Shown piece after piece: positions 45,794 to 58,164 of a DNA stretch of 64,000 nucleotides; the first letter of the stretch is position 1; every line of letters begins with the position of its first letter. The DNA lies in NCBI RefSeq assembly GCF_056712565.1, contig NZ_CM160072.1. One strand, given 5' to 3'. The notes beneath the pieces are model-generated. The model did not search any database and was not told the DNA's origin. It saw only the letters and a list, made by a program, of their open reading frames with translations. A program made the position numbers and the translations under genes.

Positions 45794-47197
45794 TTAAATC
45801 ATCGCGGCGATACTCAGCACAATCATATTCAACATCGTGAGAATCAGCAGTAGCGGTGCTACCCATCTCAGATAACGGACCCAGGGTACACGGGCAATCG
45901 CCAGACCGCCCATCACTACCGCAGAGGTTGGCGTAATCAAATTAACCACCCCGGAAGCAGACTGATAAGCGGTCACCACCAGATCGCGTTGTACATGAGC
46001 AAAATCAGCGAGTGGAGCCATTATTGGCATCGTTAACACTGCAAGGCCGGAAGATGAGGGAACCAGAAAAGAGAGCAATACTTCCAGCCAATAGGTCACG
46101 TTGATGAAAACAGTGGTGGAAAGCCCTGAAACCAGATTCTCAGCACTGTGCAGAATTGTGTGCGTAATCATGCCGTTATCCATCACGACCACAATACCGC
46201 GGGCGATGCCGATAATCAGTGCCACACCAAGGAGATCCCGCGCGCCGTCAATAAAGGTACTGGTGAAGGTTTCTTCGCCCATGCGGGCAATGACACCCAC
46301 GATGACCGCAGCTGCCAGAAAGACAGCAGAGATTTCCGCCATCCACCAACCCAGTACCGCTACGCCGTAAATCATAAAGGCAAAGGATGCAGCAAAAAGT
46401 ATCAGGATCGCTTTGCGCGTGGGGGTAAATTCCAGCATCGTTTCTGAACGATTTCCCAGAAAATGCGCCTGGTTTTCAGCCATCTTATCCGCCACGATAG
46501 AGCTTTCCGGACTGTTGCGAACTTTGCGGGCATAACGCATAACCCAGTAAACACAAATCACGTAGCCTACTAACAGCAAAATAACACGCAGCAAAATGCC
46601 CTGAGTAAAGGGGATCCCTGCGGCGTTGGCAGCAATGACGGTAGCAAATGGGTTAATGGTTGAGCCCAGCGTGCCAATGCCCGATCCCAATAACACTGTG
46701 GCGGCAGCGACCAGAGGATCAAAGCGGGCAGCCATCATGACGGGCACCAGCAACGTGTAGAAGGGGAGTGATTCTTCCGCCATCCCATAAATAGTACCGC
46801 CAGCAGCGAAGAGCGCCATCAGGATCGGAATCATCCACTCTTCCCGACCATTAAGGCGAGTTGTCACTCGTTCGATACCGGCATCTATTGCTCCGGTTTT
46901 ATTTACTACTCCCAAAAATCCACCGATGATCAGGACAAACAGCGCGACATCAATCGCTCCCGCAGTGTAGGTTTGATGGTTGTACAAGCCGTCGATGGGC
47001 GCTAACAGGACAGCCGTAATACCCTGTGGTTGCGCCTCAACAGGTGCGTAAGTGCCTGCAACAGGAACTTCCTTTCCCAGTGCGGCATTTGTCACCATCT
47101 GATATTTTCCCGCAGGTACAATCCAGGTCATTGCCGCAACTAACGCAATCAGCACGAACAAGATGGTATAAGCGGTGGGAAATTTGAATTTACCCAT
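45794..47197 (-). CDS. membrane carrier, probably YfcC/DcuC-type anaerobic carrier family; putative arginine/ornithine exchanger of the ADI cluster
   Basis: ORF 45794-47242 trimmed to Met at 47197 preceded by GGAGA; highly hydrophobic multi-TM protein; family assignment from sequence recall only. Confidence 0.7.
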   Translation of the reverse strand: MGKFKFPTAYTILFVLIALVAAMTWIVPAGKYQMVTNAALGKEVPVAGTYAPVEAQPQGITAVLLAPIDGLYNHQTYTAGAIDVALFVLIIGGFLGVVNKTGAIDAGIERVTTRLNGREEWMIPILMALFAAGGTIYGMAEESLPFYTLLVPVMMAARFDPLVAAATVLLGSGIGTLGSTINPFATVIAANAAGIPFTQGILLRVILLLVGYVICVYWVMRYARKVRNSPESSIVADKMAENQAHFLGNRSETMLEFTPTRKAILILFAASFAFMIYGVAVLGWWMAEISAVFLAAAVIVGVIARMGEETFTSTFIDGARDLLGVALIIGIARGIVVVMDNGMITHTILHSAENLVSGLSTTVFINVTYWLEVLLSFLVPSSSGLAVLTMPIMAPLADFAHVQRDLVVTAYQSASGVVNLITPTSAVVMGGLAIARVPWVRYLRWVAPLLLILTMLNMIVLSIAAMI

Positions 47198-47253
47198 AAT
47201 GTGATCTCCATAATCACGGGCATACGCCACTCGTCGACGCATGCCCGTCAGGG

Positions 47254-48258
47254 TTAGTCGCCGAGAGTTGCTACCATCACCGCTTTAATGGTGTGCATCC
47301 GGTTTTCTGCTTCATCGAAAACAATGGAGTGGGCAGATTCAAAAACCTCATCAGTTACTTCCAGTCCTTTGAGGCCGTAGGCCATCTCGATCTCGCGTCC
47401 TACTGTGGTGTGCTCATTATGGAAGGCGGGCAGGCAGTGCATAAATTTGACTTCAGGGTTACGCGTGGCAGTAATCACCTGTTGATTGATCTGATAAGGT
47501 GTCATAAGACTCACTCGTTCTGCCCAGGCTTCTTTTGGCTCTCCCATCGAAACCCAAACATCCGTATAGAGAAAATCAACGTCGTATACGCCTTCTTCCA
47601 CATCCTCTGTCAGGGTGATTCTCGCCCCAGTCACGCTGGCGATCTCACGGCATTGTGTTACCAGCGCTTCATCTGGCCAGAAAGATTTTGGTGCCACCAG
47701 ACGGATATCCATCCCCATTTTTGCAGCACCAACCATCAGCGAGTTCCCCATGTTATTTCGGGCATCACCAAGATACGCAAAGCTCAGCTCTGGCAGCGTT
47801 TTGCCTGGCGCATGTTCCAGCATGGTCATTAAATCCGCGAGGATCTGTGTCGGGTGAAATTCATTGGTCAGTCCGTTCCATACCGGAACACCAGCGAACT
47901 CACCTAATTCTTCAACGATATTCTGACCATAACCGCGATACTCAATACCGTCATACATGCGTCCGAGTACGCGAGCGGTATCTTTCATTGATTCTTTATG
48001 GCCGATTTGTGAGCCGCTGGGGCCGATGTAAGTCACCTGCGCACCTTGATCAAAGGCCGCGACTTCAAAGGCACAGCGGGTACGGGTAGAGGATTTTTCA
48101 AAAATCAACGCAATGTTTTTACCGACCAGCGTTTGTTTTTCGTTTCCAGATTTCTTGGCGGCTTTAAGATTGATAGCCAAATCAATCAGGTATTGAATCT
48201 CTGCTGGGGTGTAATCAAGCAGCTTAAGAAAATTACGGTTTTTCAGTGAAGTAGCCAT
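47254..48258 (-). CDS. ornithine carbamoyltransferase (ADI-cluster copy, ArgI-like)
   Basis: ORF 47254-48285 trimmed to Met at 48258 preceded by AAGGA; STRTR and HCLP motifs; high similarity to argI product at 51620-52624. Confidence 0.85.
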   Translation of the reverse strand: MATSLKNRNFLKLLDYTPAEIQYLIDLAINLKAAKKSGNEKQTLVGKNIALIFEKSSTRTRCAFEVAAFDQGAQVTYIGPSGSQIGHKESMKDTARVLGRMYDGIEYRGYGQNIVEELGEFAGVPVWNGLTNEFHPTQILADLMTMLEHAPGKTLPELSFAYLGDARNNMGNSLMVGAAKMGMDIRLVAPKSFWPDEALVTQCREIASVTGARITLTEDVEEGVYDVDFLYTDVWVSMGEPKEAWAERVSLMTPYQINQQVITATRNPEVKFMHCLPAFHNEHTTVGREIEMAYGLKGLEVTDEVFESAHSIVFDEAENRMHTIKAVMVATLGD

Positions 48259-48268
48259 GGGGATGTCC

Positions 48269-49213
48269 TTATAAAAATGGATCAAGCGTGGTTATGGGGG
48301 TATCAAGGCGAATAAGAGTGCCTTTGTCTCCGGCGAGAATTTCCGGACCATCTGCAAGAGAGCCGATCCCTGCAATGCCCCGGCACTGACTAACAAACTT
48401 TGCGCAGGCGGTGACTTTCGGCCCCATAGACCCGGCATCAAACTGCATTTCGTTGAGTAATTCCGGCGTGACCTGGGCCAGCGGGCGTTGGGTTGGCTTG
48501 CCCCAGTCGAGATATACTGCGTCCGCATCAGTGAGGATCAACAAGGCGTCAGCATGGATCTGACTTGCCAGTAGCGCGGCTGAAAGATCTTTGTCGATAA
48601 CCGCTTCAATCCCATGGTATCCATCGGCTTTTTCAACCACCGGAACACCACCGCCACCATTACAGATCACCAGATGATCGTGGGCGATCAGTGTCTGGAT
48701 GGCATCCCGCTCGACGATGCGTTTAGGTTGTGGAGAAGGTACGACCCGGCGGAAAGAGTGACCATCTGCTTTGAAAACCCAGCCTTTTTCTGCCTGTAGT
48801 ACCTGAGTCTGAGCGTGGTCATAAATTGGGCCGATGTACTTAGTTGGGTTACTGAAGGCGGGATCGTTGGCATCCACTTCAACCTGCGTCAGCAGAACGC
48901 TGATTTCACGTTGTGGTAGTTGATTTTTCAGCGCCTGTTGTAGCATGTAGCCGATCATCCCCTGGCTTTCGGCCCCCAGAATGTCGAGTGGATAGGGAGC
49001 GACATGGGCATAGGCGCTATTTTGAAGTGCCAGAAGTCCAACTTGTGGACCATTCCCGTGAACCAGTACAACCCGCCAGTGTTGAGTCAGTTGGGCGATA
49101 GTTTTAGCCGCAAGATCGATATTTTTACGTTGGATTTCTGCTTCGAGTGGTTCGCCTCGTTTAAGCAGGGCATTACCGCCGAGAGCGATAACCAGTGTTG
49201 GTTTGTTTTCCAT
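48269..49213 (-). CDS. carbamate kinase
   Basis: ORF 48269-49237 trimmed to Met at 49213 preceded by AAGGAAG; carbamate kinase-like sequence ([10 protein letters not shown]...). Confidence 0.85.
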   Translation of the reverse strand: MENKPTLVIALGGNALLKRGEPLEAEIQRKNIDLAAKTIAQLTQHWRVVLVHGNGPQVGLLALQNSAYAHVAPYPLDILGAESQGMIGYMLQQALKNQLPQREISVLLTQVEVDANDPAFSNPTKYIGPIYDHAQTQVLQAEKGWVFKADGHSFRRVVPSPQPKRIVERDAIQTLIAHDHLVICNGGGGVPVVEKADGYHGIEAVIDKDLSAALLASQIHADALLILTDADAVYLDWGKPTQRPLAQVTPELLNEMQFDAGSMGPKVTACAKFVSQCRGIAGIGSLADGPEILAGDKGTLIRLDTPITTLDPFL

Positions 49214-49223
49214 GATCTCTTCC

Positions 49224-50447
49224 TTAGATACCGTCACGATGCAAAGGGCAACTCATGCAACGTGCGCCGCCACGTCCGCGGCCTAATTCATCACCGGGGA
49301 TGGGTAAAACGGTGATGCCTGCTTTGTCATATTTTTCGTTAGTCCAGATGTTGCGCTCGTAGCCCACTACCACTCCCGGCCGAAGCGTGAGCACATTGTT
49401 AGCGTCATTCCACTGTTCGCGTTCTGCCTCAAAGGCATCACCCCCCGTGGTGATTAAACGTACCTGGTCAATACCGAGGGCTTTTTCGATAGCATGGAGG
49501 AGTGTGCTTTCTTGAGTACGTTTCAGGCCGCCGTGACCGTCAGGTGTTAGCGTCCAGCAATTAACATCCGGGCGCACAACTTCGGGATAAACCGAGAAGG
49601 TGTCGATATCGATATGAGTCATAACGGTGTCAAGATGCATACAGGAGCGGTGTTTAGGCAGCTCAACAGCGATTACCCGTTCAGCCTGACGATGTTTAAA
49701 CAATGCCTGAGCAAGAAACTCGATTCCTTGTGGCGTGGTGCGTTCAGACATGCCGATCAACACGGCCCCCCGACCAATCACCAGCACATCACCACCTTCT
49801 AACGTGGCGTGGTCATAATTAATATTCTCGTCGCCGAAATATTTAATAAATTCGCCGCCAGCAAATTGTGGATGCCAGCGATAAATAGCGCGTAGATTAT
49901 TGGTTTCACGTTGGCGAGCAGGTTTTGCCATTGGATTAATCGATACACCGTTATAAATCCAGCATGAGGTATCACGCGTAAATAAATGATTCGGTAACGG
50001 CTTCATAATGAAATCATTAATATCGTGGGTATCAACCACCATATTTTTAATTGAGGCGGGAATTTCACTATAAGTCAGCCCACCACTTAAATGACGAGCA
50101 AGGTCCCGGTGTGACATCTCTGCAAGCCAGGTGCGAACGTCAGTAGCAAACGTAGGGCCGAGTCGGTAATCTGATATTTGTGTTTCCAGTAACCAGCTTT
50201 TGGCTTCCGGGATATCCAATGTTTGTGTTAGTAAATCAGTGAGTAACAGAACTTCTATCCCTTGCTGGCGCAGCGTATTGGCGAAAATATCATGCTCTTC
50301 ACCTGCCCGCTCAACGGACAATACATCGTCAAATAACAACTCCTGGCAATTGGATGGTGTTAGACGTTTCAGACTGAGATTTGGGCGATGCAACATAACG
50401 CTGCGTAGTTGTCCAATTTCAGAACCAACATAATGCTTTTCCATCAT
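49224..50447 (-). CDS. arginine deiminase
   Basis: 407-aa ORF; amidinotransferase-family sequence with C-terminal catalytic Cys region (RCMSCPL). Confidence 0.85.
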   Translation of the reverse strand: MMEKHYVGSEIGQLRSVMLHRPNLSLKRLTPSNCQELLFDDVLSVERAGEEHDIFANTLRQQGIEVLLLTDLLTQTLDIPEAKSWLLETQISDYRLGPTFATDVRTWLAEMSHRDLARHLSGGLTYSEIPASIKNMVVDTHDINDFIMKPLPNHLFTRDTSCWIYNGVSINPMAKPARQRETNNLRAIYRWHPQFAGGEFIKYFGDENINYDHATLEGGDVLVIGRGAVLIGMSERTTPQGIEFLAQALFKHRQAERVIAVELPKHRSCMHLDTVMTHIDIDTFSVYPEVVRPDVNCWTLTPDGHGGLKRTQESTLLHAIEKALGIDQVRLITTGGDAFEAEREQWNDANNVLTLRPGVVVGYERNIWTNEKYDKAGITVLPIPGDELGRGRGGARCMSCPLHRDGI

Positions 50448-50567
50448 TATTCCTTTAACACTTTTTCAAAAATAAAGAGGAGATGGCTGCAAACAAATTA
50501 AATGCTTGTAGTCAGGTCTGTTCAGTAATTTTCAGATGCAATGATTCAGTTTATTTCTTCCAGAAAA

Positions 50568-50583
50568 TGTGACGACTTTCACA
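50568..50583. promoter_or_regulatory. perfect CRP consensus site TGTGA-N6-TCACA upstream of the ADI operon
   Basis: TGTGACGACTTTCACA read directly, about 120-135 bp upstream of the arginine deiminase start. Confidence 0.5.
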
Positions 50584-51094
50584 CCAGTGATGATATTAAT
50601 AATCGCAGTTAATAATATTTGATGCGGTTCTGATAAATGATAAAGAAACAAAATACGATAATGCATTAATACGCAAATATACGCAGAGTTATTCTTCGTT
50701 GTTAATTGATTGTTTTATTTTTCAGGAAATGCCTTTAAGTATAAAGCATTGATATTTATGTATATTTTAATATTCATTGCATATCTATGCGAAAGAATAA
50801 GGTGATTATTTTTCACAGCACTATTTTCACGGGATAACTATGACAGCACGGGCATTAAAAGCTAAGAAAATGAACTGTGATCTGACTGAGAGTTTTCTTT
50901 TAACATATGCAATAACAAGATATTAGGACCAAAATACATAGCTAAGTTATAAGATTTATGCAGCAAAACTGCATACAAAATTACTCCTGCTTAACATCAG
51001 TACAACATCTCCAGCAATAAACATGCGCAAGGGCAAAACCTGATGATTTTTCTATGGTGAGAGGTGGCTTTTTTTCGTATAAGGAAAGAAGTGA

Positions 51095-51574
<480 letters not shown>

Positions 51575-51583
51575 GTGATCACT

Positions 51584-51613
51584 GCCGGGGGGCGACCTGT
51601 GCCGCCGCCCGGC
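51584..51613. terminator. GC-rich hairpin between convergent tabA and argI
   Basis: GCCGGGGGGCG ... CGCCGCCCGGC stem with one mismatch. Confidence 0.45.
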
Positions 51614-51619
51614 AAAACG

Positions 51620-52624
51620 TTATTTTGCTAATGTAGCGACCATAACAGCTTTTATGGTGTGCATCCGGTTTTCTGCCTGGTCAAAGACAATACTTGCCGG
51701 AGATTCAAAGACTTCATCGGTGACTTCCATTCCACCATACAGACCGAATTCTGCGGCCATTTTTTTACCCAGCGTGGTTTGCTCATCATGAAATGCAGGC
51801 AGACAGTGGAGGAACTTAACCTGCGAATTACCGGTCAGGGCCATCATTTTGCTATTCACCTGATAGTCACGCAGCAGGGCAATACGCTCCGCCCATTTCT
51901 CTTTGGGCTCACCCATCGATACCCAGACATCGGTATAGATAAAGTCTGCACCTTTAACCCCAGAGGCGATATCTTCCGTCAAGGTGATTTTACCCCCGTG
52001 TTTTTGTGCCAGAGCACTGCATTCGGCGACCAGCGCAGCTTCCGGCCAGCATGCCTGTGGCGCGACCAGACGCAAATCCAGACCGGTAAGCGCCGCAGCT
52101 TCGAGCATCGAATTGCCCATGTTGTTACGCGCGTCACCTGCATAGACCAGCGTCATTTCGTTGAATGCTTTGCCGGGCAAATGCTCCTGCATGGTGAGGA
52201 GATCCGCCAGCAGCTGCGTGGGGTGGAACTCATTGGTCAGGCCGTTCCATACTGGCACGCCAGCGTATTCCGCCAGTGTTTCGACAATCTCCTGACCATA
52301 GCCGCGATACTGAATACCGTCATACATGCGACCAAGCACGCGGGCAGTGTCTTTAATCGACTCTTTGTGACCAATCTGGCTGCCGCTTGGGCCGAGATAA
52401 GTAACGCGAGCACCCTGGTCATATGCGGCAACTTCGAAAGAGCATCGGGTACGGGTCGAGTCTTTTTCGAAGATGAGCGCGATGTTTTTGCCAGTGAGTC
52501 TGGCTTCTTCTTTACCGCTTTTCTTATCGGCTTTCAGCTTCGCGGCTAACTGCAACAAGCTGTTGAGTTCAGCTGGCGTGAAATCGAGTAATTTCAGGAA
52601 ATGCTTATGATAAAACCCGGACAT
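51620..52624 (-). CDS. argI: ornithine carbamoyltransferase (anabolic)
   Basis: ORF 51620-52828 trimmed to Met at 52624 ([13 protein letters not shown]); 334 aa; ARG boxes upstream. Confidence 0.9.
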
Positions 52625-52647
52625 AGATCCCTCCTGTGGCCAACGCC

Positions 52648-52690
52648 TTAATGAATTAAAATTCAATCTATATGGATGATTATTCATTTG
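52648..52690. promoter_or_regulatory. tandem ARG boxes (ArgR operator) in argI promoter
   Basis: AATGAATTAAAATTCAAT then TGGATGATTATTCATT, matching the TGAAT-N4-ATTCA pattern, 24-66 bp upstream of argI ATG. Confidence 0.55.
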
Positions 52691-52785
52691 CAAGTCTAAA
52701 GCATAAATCTTTGTCACAAAGGTGGAGGCAATGTCAGTGGTGTGTGACAATAAGAGTATCGGCAGGACATTAAGAGGAATGAGCC

Positions 52786-53202
52786 ATGGCAAACCCGGAA
52801 CAACTGGAAGAACAGCGTGAAGAAACACGTTTGATTATTGAAGAATTACTGGAAGATGGCAGCGATCCGGACGCGCTGTACACCATCGAACACCATCTTT
52901 CCGCAGACGATCTGGAAACCCTGGAAAAAGCAGCAGTTGAAGCGTTTAAACTCGGTTACGAAGTGACCGATCCAGAAGAGCTGGAAGTTGAAGATGGTGA
53001 CATCGTGATTTGCTGCGACATCCTCAGCGAGTGTGCGTTGAATGCCGACCTGATCGATGCCCAGGTTGAACAACTGATGACGCTGGCGGAGAAATTTGAC
53101 GTTGAGTACGATGGTTGGGGCACTTACTTTGAAGATCCTAACGGCGAAGACGGCGACGATGAAGATTTTGTCGATGAAGACGATGACGGTATTCGTCACT
53201 AA
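52786..53202 (+). CDS. rraB: RNase E inhibitor RraB
   Basis: 138-aa ORF, very acidic C-terminus. Confidence 0.9.
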
Positions 53203-53224
53203 TTAAGCGTTGACGACAAAGGCT

Positions 53225-53315
53225 GCGTTACCTGATGCGCTACGCATATCAGGCCCAGGTAGTTCCTGCAACCTGGTGAATTTGTAGCCCGGATAAGGCA
53301 TTTACGTCACATCCT
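53225..53315. repeat. REP elements
   Basis: CCTGATGCGCTACGCATATCAGGCC / GTAGCCCGGATAAGGCA units after rraB. Confidence 0.5.
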
Positions 53316-53378
53316 GCATACTCAAAAAGCACGTGGTTAATGTTCGAATGCCCGCGAGTCTAAGCTCGCGGGCATTTT

Positions 53379-53900
53379 TCAAAGTTTGCGTAGCATCCGT
53401 ACTTCACAATCGACATGACCCGTGCAGCCAAGCGCATAGTCGATATGCTCAAAGCCCAAATGCTCATAAAGCGCAATGGCTTCCTTTAAAAAAGCGGTCG
53501 TTTCCAGATAGCAGCGTTTGAAACCCATTTCTCGCGCCTGCTCCATTGCCATTAAGGCCAGTTTTTTTGCCAGCCCTTTGCCGCGGATAGCCGGAAGAAA
53601 ATACATCTTTTGCAGTTCGCAAATGTCTGACTCACTCCCGGTTAATGGCGCAATCCCACCGCCGCCGACCACTTCACCCTCGTACTCAACCACCCAATAT
53701 GCGTGGCCAGGCTGACTATATACTTGATACAGCTCGTCAAGGTTCGGATCGGCGACGGTGTAGCCTTTATCAGCGGTAAGACCGTATTCGGCGGATACCT
53801 GACGAATGACGTGGGCGATAGCAGGATTATCGGCGACGGTAAGTTTGCGCAAACGGAGTGCGGGAGAAGCGACAACATTCATAGCATAGCTCAATTTCAA
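53379..53900 (-). CDS. yjgM: GNAT-family N-acetyltransferase
   Basis: 173-aa ORF (start could be Met at 53882); acetyl-CoA binding motif (RGKGLAKKL). Confidence 0.8.
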   Translation of the reverse strand: MKLSYAMNVVASPALRLRKLTVADNPAIAHVIRQVSAEYGLTADKGYTVADPNLDELYQVYSQPGHAYWVVEYEGEVVGGGGIAPLTGSESDICELQKMYFLPAIRGKGLAKKLALMAMEQAREMGFKRCYLETTAFLKEAIALYEHLGFEHIDYALGCTGHVDCEVRMLRKL

Positions 53901-54074
53901 ATGTATGATTTATAGCTCACTTTAATACCACCCTCGCTTAGGTGGTGCAAGAAGAAGATAAATCAGAAAATATTACGCATATCTCTCTGAGATAAAGCGT
54001 ATTCTAGGCGAACCAGTATCAATTGACTGGAATTATTATCGGTATGAATGGAATTTATTTTAGGGATATAGTTC

Positions 54075-55262
54075 ATGAATGATGTAAACATCGGGAAAGA
54101 TAATTCTCGGCACTCGTTTGTTTTCACAGGCAAAGGTGGTGAGTATTTTCTTATTTGTCTTGTGAATTTTTCACTGACAATTATTACTCTGGGAATATAT
54201 GGACCGTGGGCATTGATAAAATGCCGTCGTTATATTTATCAACATGTGACACTCAAGGGGCAACCATTTAGTTATAAGGGAACAGGTGGTGCCATTTTTG
54301 TTAGCATGTTACTTATTGTGGTGGTTTATCTTCTCAGTATTTCTTGTTTTGCAGGTCAACACTTTGCGCTCGGTTTATTCCTGTTTGCTCTCTTGATCTG
54401 CGGTATTCCTTGTATGGCAGTGAAGAGTCTGCAGTATCAGGCGAACATGACCTCACTGAATGACATTCGCTTTGGCTTTAACTGCTCAATGATGCGTGCA
54501 TGGTGGGTTATGCTAGGACTGCCTGTTCTGTTGGCGTTAGTTTTTTGGTTCGCACTGTATCTTATTGCACAAGTGACGACATCGATAGGAGGGTTATTCT
54601 TTAACTTAGTCGCATTAAGTTTGCTTTCTGCCATCGGGCTAGGTGTTGTCCATGGTATAACCTATAGTAAATGGATGCCATTGCTGGGTAATAATGCAAC
54701 TTTTGGCATTCATAAGTTTTCTATTCAGGTAAACGTAAAAGAATGCATTAAAGGTTGCATGCTCGCAATATTAACCATGGTTCCTTTCATCATTGTGATT
54801 GGTATTATGATCGCACCAGTATTCCAGCAGTTAATGATGATGACCATGTTGGGTAGGTCTGATGCTGGCAGTGAGTTTGTATTACAATATTACCCGCAGA
54901 TTATGGCTTCTTATTTCCTGTATTTTGTCGCGATCCTTGTTTTTGCCAGTTATCTCTATGTCACGTTACGCAATCTGTTTTTGAATAATCTGACGCTGGC
55001 AAATGGGACAATTCGTTTTCATTCATCTGTTACCGCGATCGGTATGCTTCTGCGCATGTTGGCGGTATTAATGGGGTCCTCAATTACCTGTGGTCTGGCT
55101 TATCCCTGGCTGAAAATGTGGATGGTTAGCTGGATTGCTAACAATACCCATGTCCAGGGCGACCTTGATTCGCTGGAGTTAACCAATGATGACAAACCGC
55201 AGGATAGCGGTTCGTTAATGTGGATATCTCGCGGTATTATGCCGTATGTTCCGTTTATCTAA
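54075..55262 (+). CDS. yjgN: inner membrane protein YjgN (DUF898)
   Basis: 395-aa hydrophobic ORF. Confidence 0.85.
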   Translation: MNDVNIGKDNSRHSFVFTGKGGEYFLICLVNFSLTIITLGIYGPWALIKCRRYIYQHVTLKGQPFSYKGTGGAIFVSMLLIVVVYLLSISCFAGQHFALGLFLFALLICGIPCMAVKSLQYQANMTSLNDIRFGFNCSMMRAWWVMLGLPVLLALVFWFALYLIAQVTTSIGGLFFNLVALSLLSAIGLGVVHGITYSKWMPLLGNNATFGIHKFSIQVNVKECIKGCMLAILTMVPFIIVIGIMIAPVFQQLMMMTMLGRSDAGSEFVLQYYPQIMASYFLYFVAILVFASYLYVTLRNLFLNNLTLANGTIRFHSSVTAIGMLLRMLAVLMGSSITCGLAYPWLKMWMVSWIANNTHVQGDLDSLELTNDDKPQDSGSLMWISRGIMPYVPFI

Positions 55263-55269
55263 ATAAAAA

Positions 55270-55297
55270 GGCCGGAGCATGCTCCGGCCTTCGTTTT
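55270..55297. terminator. bidirectional intrinsic terminator between yjgN and valS
   Basis: Perfect palindrome GGCCGGAGCATGCTCCGGCC flanked by A-run and TTCGTTTT. Confidence 0.65.
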
Positions 55298-55308
55298 CAC
55301 TATGAGTA

Positions 55309-58164
55309 TTACAGCGCGGCGATAACAGCCTGCTGTTCAATCAGCTTCGCTTTCGCTTCTGCGTAGCCTTCCAGCTTCTCACGCTCTTTCGCGATGACCG
55401 CTTCCGGTGCGCGGGCGACAAAGCCTTCGTTCGCCAGCTTGTTCTCAATACGGCTGATTTCGCCTTCGATCTTCGCTACTTCTTTCGCCAGACGTGCCAG
55501 CTCATCTTCTTTGTTGATGAGGCCTGCCATCGGGATCAGCAGTTCTGCGCCGTCGACGATCTTTGTAACGGAAACCGGACCTTTATCATCAGCAGGCAGC
55601 ACGGTGATGCTTTCCAGACGCGCCAGCGTTTGCAGGAAGCCGCGGTTTTCATTTACGCGACGTTCTGCATCCGCGCTGCAACCACGCAGCAGCAGCTCCA
55701 GCGGTTTACCCGGCGCGATGTTCATTTCTGCACGGATGTTACGTACAGCAACGATCGCCTGTTTCAGCCACTCGGTGTCGGCCAGTGCCGCTTCATCAAC
55801 CTGAGACGCATCGTACTGCGGGAACGGCTGCAGCATGATGGTGTCGGCAGTGATACCGCAAAGTACTTTCACGCGCTGCCAGATGGTTTCGGTGATGAAC
55901 GGAATGATCGGATGCGCGAGGCGCAGCAGACCTTCCAGTACAGTCACCAGCGTATGGCGAGTACCGCGCAGTTCGGCTTCTGTTCCACCGTTCATTACCG
56001 GCTTGGTCAGCTCCAGATACCAGTCACAGAACTGGTTCCAGGTGAATTCATACAGAATGCCTGCGGCGATATCGAAGCGGAAGCTGTCCAGCGCTTCGCG
56101 GTACGCTTTGATGGTCTGGTTGAACTCCGCCAGAATCCAGCGATCCGCCAGCGACAGCGTCATTTCACCGCCGTTGAAGCCGCAATCCTGACCTTCCGTG
56201 TTCATCAGCACAAAACGGCTGGCGTTCCACAGCTTGTTACAGAAGTTACGGTAGCCTTCCAGACGCTTCATATCCCAGTTGATGTCACGACCGGTAGAAG
56301 CCAGCGCCGCCAGGGTGAAGCGCAGCGCGTCAGTACCGTGCGGCTCAATGCCGTTCGGGAACTGCTTCTCGGTGCGCTTACGGATTTTGTCCGCCAGCTG
56401 CGGCTGCATCATATTGCCGGTACGTTTTTCCAGCAGTTCCGGCAGCGAAATACCGTCAACCATATCCAGTGGGTCAATCACGTTACCTTTGGATTTGGAC
56501 ATCTTCTGGCCTTCGTCATCACGAATCAGGCCGGTCATGTAAACGGTGTGGAACGGCACCTGCGGTTTGCCATTTTCATCTTTGATGAAGTGCATGGTCA
56601 TCATGATCATGCGGGCAATCCAGAAGAAGATGATGTCAAAACCAGATACCATCACGCTGGTTGGGTGGAACTGGCGCAGTGCGTCGGTGTTTTCCGGCCA
56701 GCCGAGTGTAGAGAAAGTCCACAGCGCGGAGGAGAACCAGGTGTCGAGAACGTCTTCATCCTGACGCAGCGCAACATCAGCACCGAGGTTATTTTCTTTA
56801 CGCACTTCGTCTTCGTTGCGGCCAACATAAACATTACCCGCTTCGTCATACCATGCCGGGATACGGTGACCCCACCATAGCTGACGAGAGATACACCAGT
56901 CCTGAATATCGCGCATCCAGGAGAAATACATGTTTTCGTACTGCTTCGGTACGAATTGAATGTCGCCATTCTCAACCGCTTCAACTGCCGGTTTCGCCAG
57001 TACATCGGCACGCACGTACCACTGGTCGGTCAGCATCGGTTCGATAACCACGCCACCACGGTCGCCATAAGGAACGGTCAGGTCGTGCGGTTTAATTTCT
57101 TCCAGCAGGCCGAGCGCGTCAACCGCAGCAACGACTGCTTTACGTGCAGCAAAACGCTCCAGTTTCTGGAACTCTGCCGGGATTTCGCTGGAATAAACGT
57201 CAGATTCGTTACCTTTGGTATCGAACACCTGGGCGCTTTCACGGATATCGCCGTCAAAGGTCAGGATGTTGATCATCGGCAGGGCGTGACGTTTACCGAC
57301 TTCATAGTCGTTAAAGTCGTGCGCTGGGGTGATCTTCACGCAGCCAGTGCCTTTTTCCATGTCGGCGTGTTCGTCGCCAACGATCGGAATACGACGGTTA
57401 ACCAGTGGCAGAATGACATATTTGCCAATCAGATCTTTATAACGCGGATCTTCCGGGTTAACGGCCACGCCAGTATCGCCCAGCAGGGTTTCCGGACGGG
57501 TAGTCGCAACCACCAGATAATCTTTACCGTCTGCGGTTTTCGCGCCGTCAGCCAGCGGATAGCGGATGTGCCACATCGAACCTTTCGATTCGCGGTTTTC
57601 CACTTCCAGGTCGGAGATAGCGGTGCGCAGTTTCGGGTCCCAGTTTACCAGGCGTTTGCCACGGTAAATCAGGTCTTCTTTATACAGACGAACGAAAACT
57701 TCTTTCACCGCATTGGACAGGCCTTCGTCCATGGTGAAGCGTTCACGCTCCCAGTCGACGGAGTTGCCGAGACGGCGCATCTGACGGGTAATGGTGCCGC
57801 CTGATTCCGCTTTCCATTCCCAGATTTTGTCGATGAAAGCTTCGCGGCCGTAGTCGTGACGGGTTTTACCTTCTTCTGCGGCAATCTTGCGCTCAACGAC
57901 CATCTGGGTAGCGATCCCGGCGTGGTCAGTACCGACCTGCAACAGGGTGTTTTTGCCCTGCATGCGCTGATAGCGGATCATGGTATCCATGATGGTTTGC
58001 TGGAAGGCGTGACCCATATGCAAACTGCCGGTGACGTTCGGCGGCGGGATCATGATGCAGAAACTTTCCTGGCTTTCATCGCCATTAGGCTTAAAGTAGC
58101 CCTGCTTTTCCCAGTGCTCGTAAAGCGGCTGTTCGATATCTTGTGGGTTATATGTCTTTTCCAT
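55309..58164 (-). CDS. valS: valine--tRNA ligase
   Basis: 951-aa ORF; HIGH motif ([12 protein letters not shown]) and KMSKS. Confidence 0.95.
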   Translation of the reverse strand: MEKTYNPQDIEQPLYEHWEKQGYFKPNGDESQESFCIMIPPPNVTGSLHMGHAFQQTIMDTMIRYQRMQGKNTLLQVGTDHAGIATQMVVERKIAAEEGKTRHDYGREAFIDKIWEWKAESGGTITRQMRRLGNSVDWERERFTMDEGLSNAVKEVFVRLYKEDLIYRGKRLVNWDPKLRTAISDLEVENRESKGSMWHIRYPLADGAKTADGKDYLVVATTRPETLLGDTGVAVNPEDPRYKDLIGKYVILPLVNRRIPIVGDEHADMEKGTGCVKITPAHDFNDYEVGKRHALPMINILTFDGDIRESAQVFDTKGNESDVYSSEIPAEFQKLERFAARKAVVAAVDALGLLEEIKPHDLTVPYGDRGGVVIEPMLTDQWYVRADVLAKPAVEAVENGDIQFVPKQYENMYFSWMRDIQDWCISRQLWWGHRIPAWYDEAGNVYVGRNEDEVRKENNLGADVALRQDEDVLDTWFSSALWTFSTLGWPENTDALRQFHPTSVMVSGFDIIFFWIARMIMMTMHFIKDENGKPQVPFHTVYMTGLIRDDEGQKMSKSKGNVIDPLDMVDGISLPELLEKRTGNMMQPQLADKIRKRTEKQFPNGIEPHGTDALRFTLAALASTGRDINWDMKRLEGYRNFCNKLWNASRFVLMNTEGQDCGFNGGEMTLSLADRWILAEFNQTIKAYREALDSFRFDIAAGILYEFTWNQFCDWYLELTKPVMNGGTEAELRGTRHTLVTVLEGLLRLAHPIIPFITETIWQRVKVLCGITADTIMLQPFPQYDASQVDEAALADTEWLKQAIVAVRNIRAEMNIAPGKPLELLLRGCSADAERRVNENRGFLQTLARLESITVLPADDKGPVSVTKIVDGAELLIPMAGLINKEDELARLAKEVAKIEGEISRIENKLANEGFVARAPEAVIAKEREKLEGYAEAKAKLIEQQAVIAAL

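Noticed and set aside
45190-50447. ADI cluster as a mobile genomic island
   Set aside because: No integrase, transposase, IS fragment, tRNA or flanking direct repeats seen; boundaries fall at ordinary intergenic sequence, so it is better described as a lineage-variable chromosomal cluster.
51620-52828. Long N-terminal extensions in the longest-ORF versions of argI (402 aa), treC (600 aa), fbp (353 aa), msrA (234 aa), ridA (152 aa), fklB (259 aa), ytfH (163 aa) and the SDR (308 aa)
   Set aside because: Internal Met codons with good Shine-Dalgarno sequences give proteins of canonical family length and N-termini; the extensions run through promoter or operator DNA.
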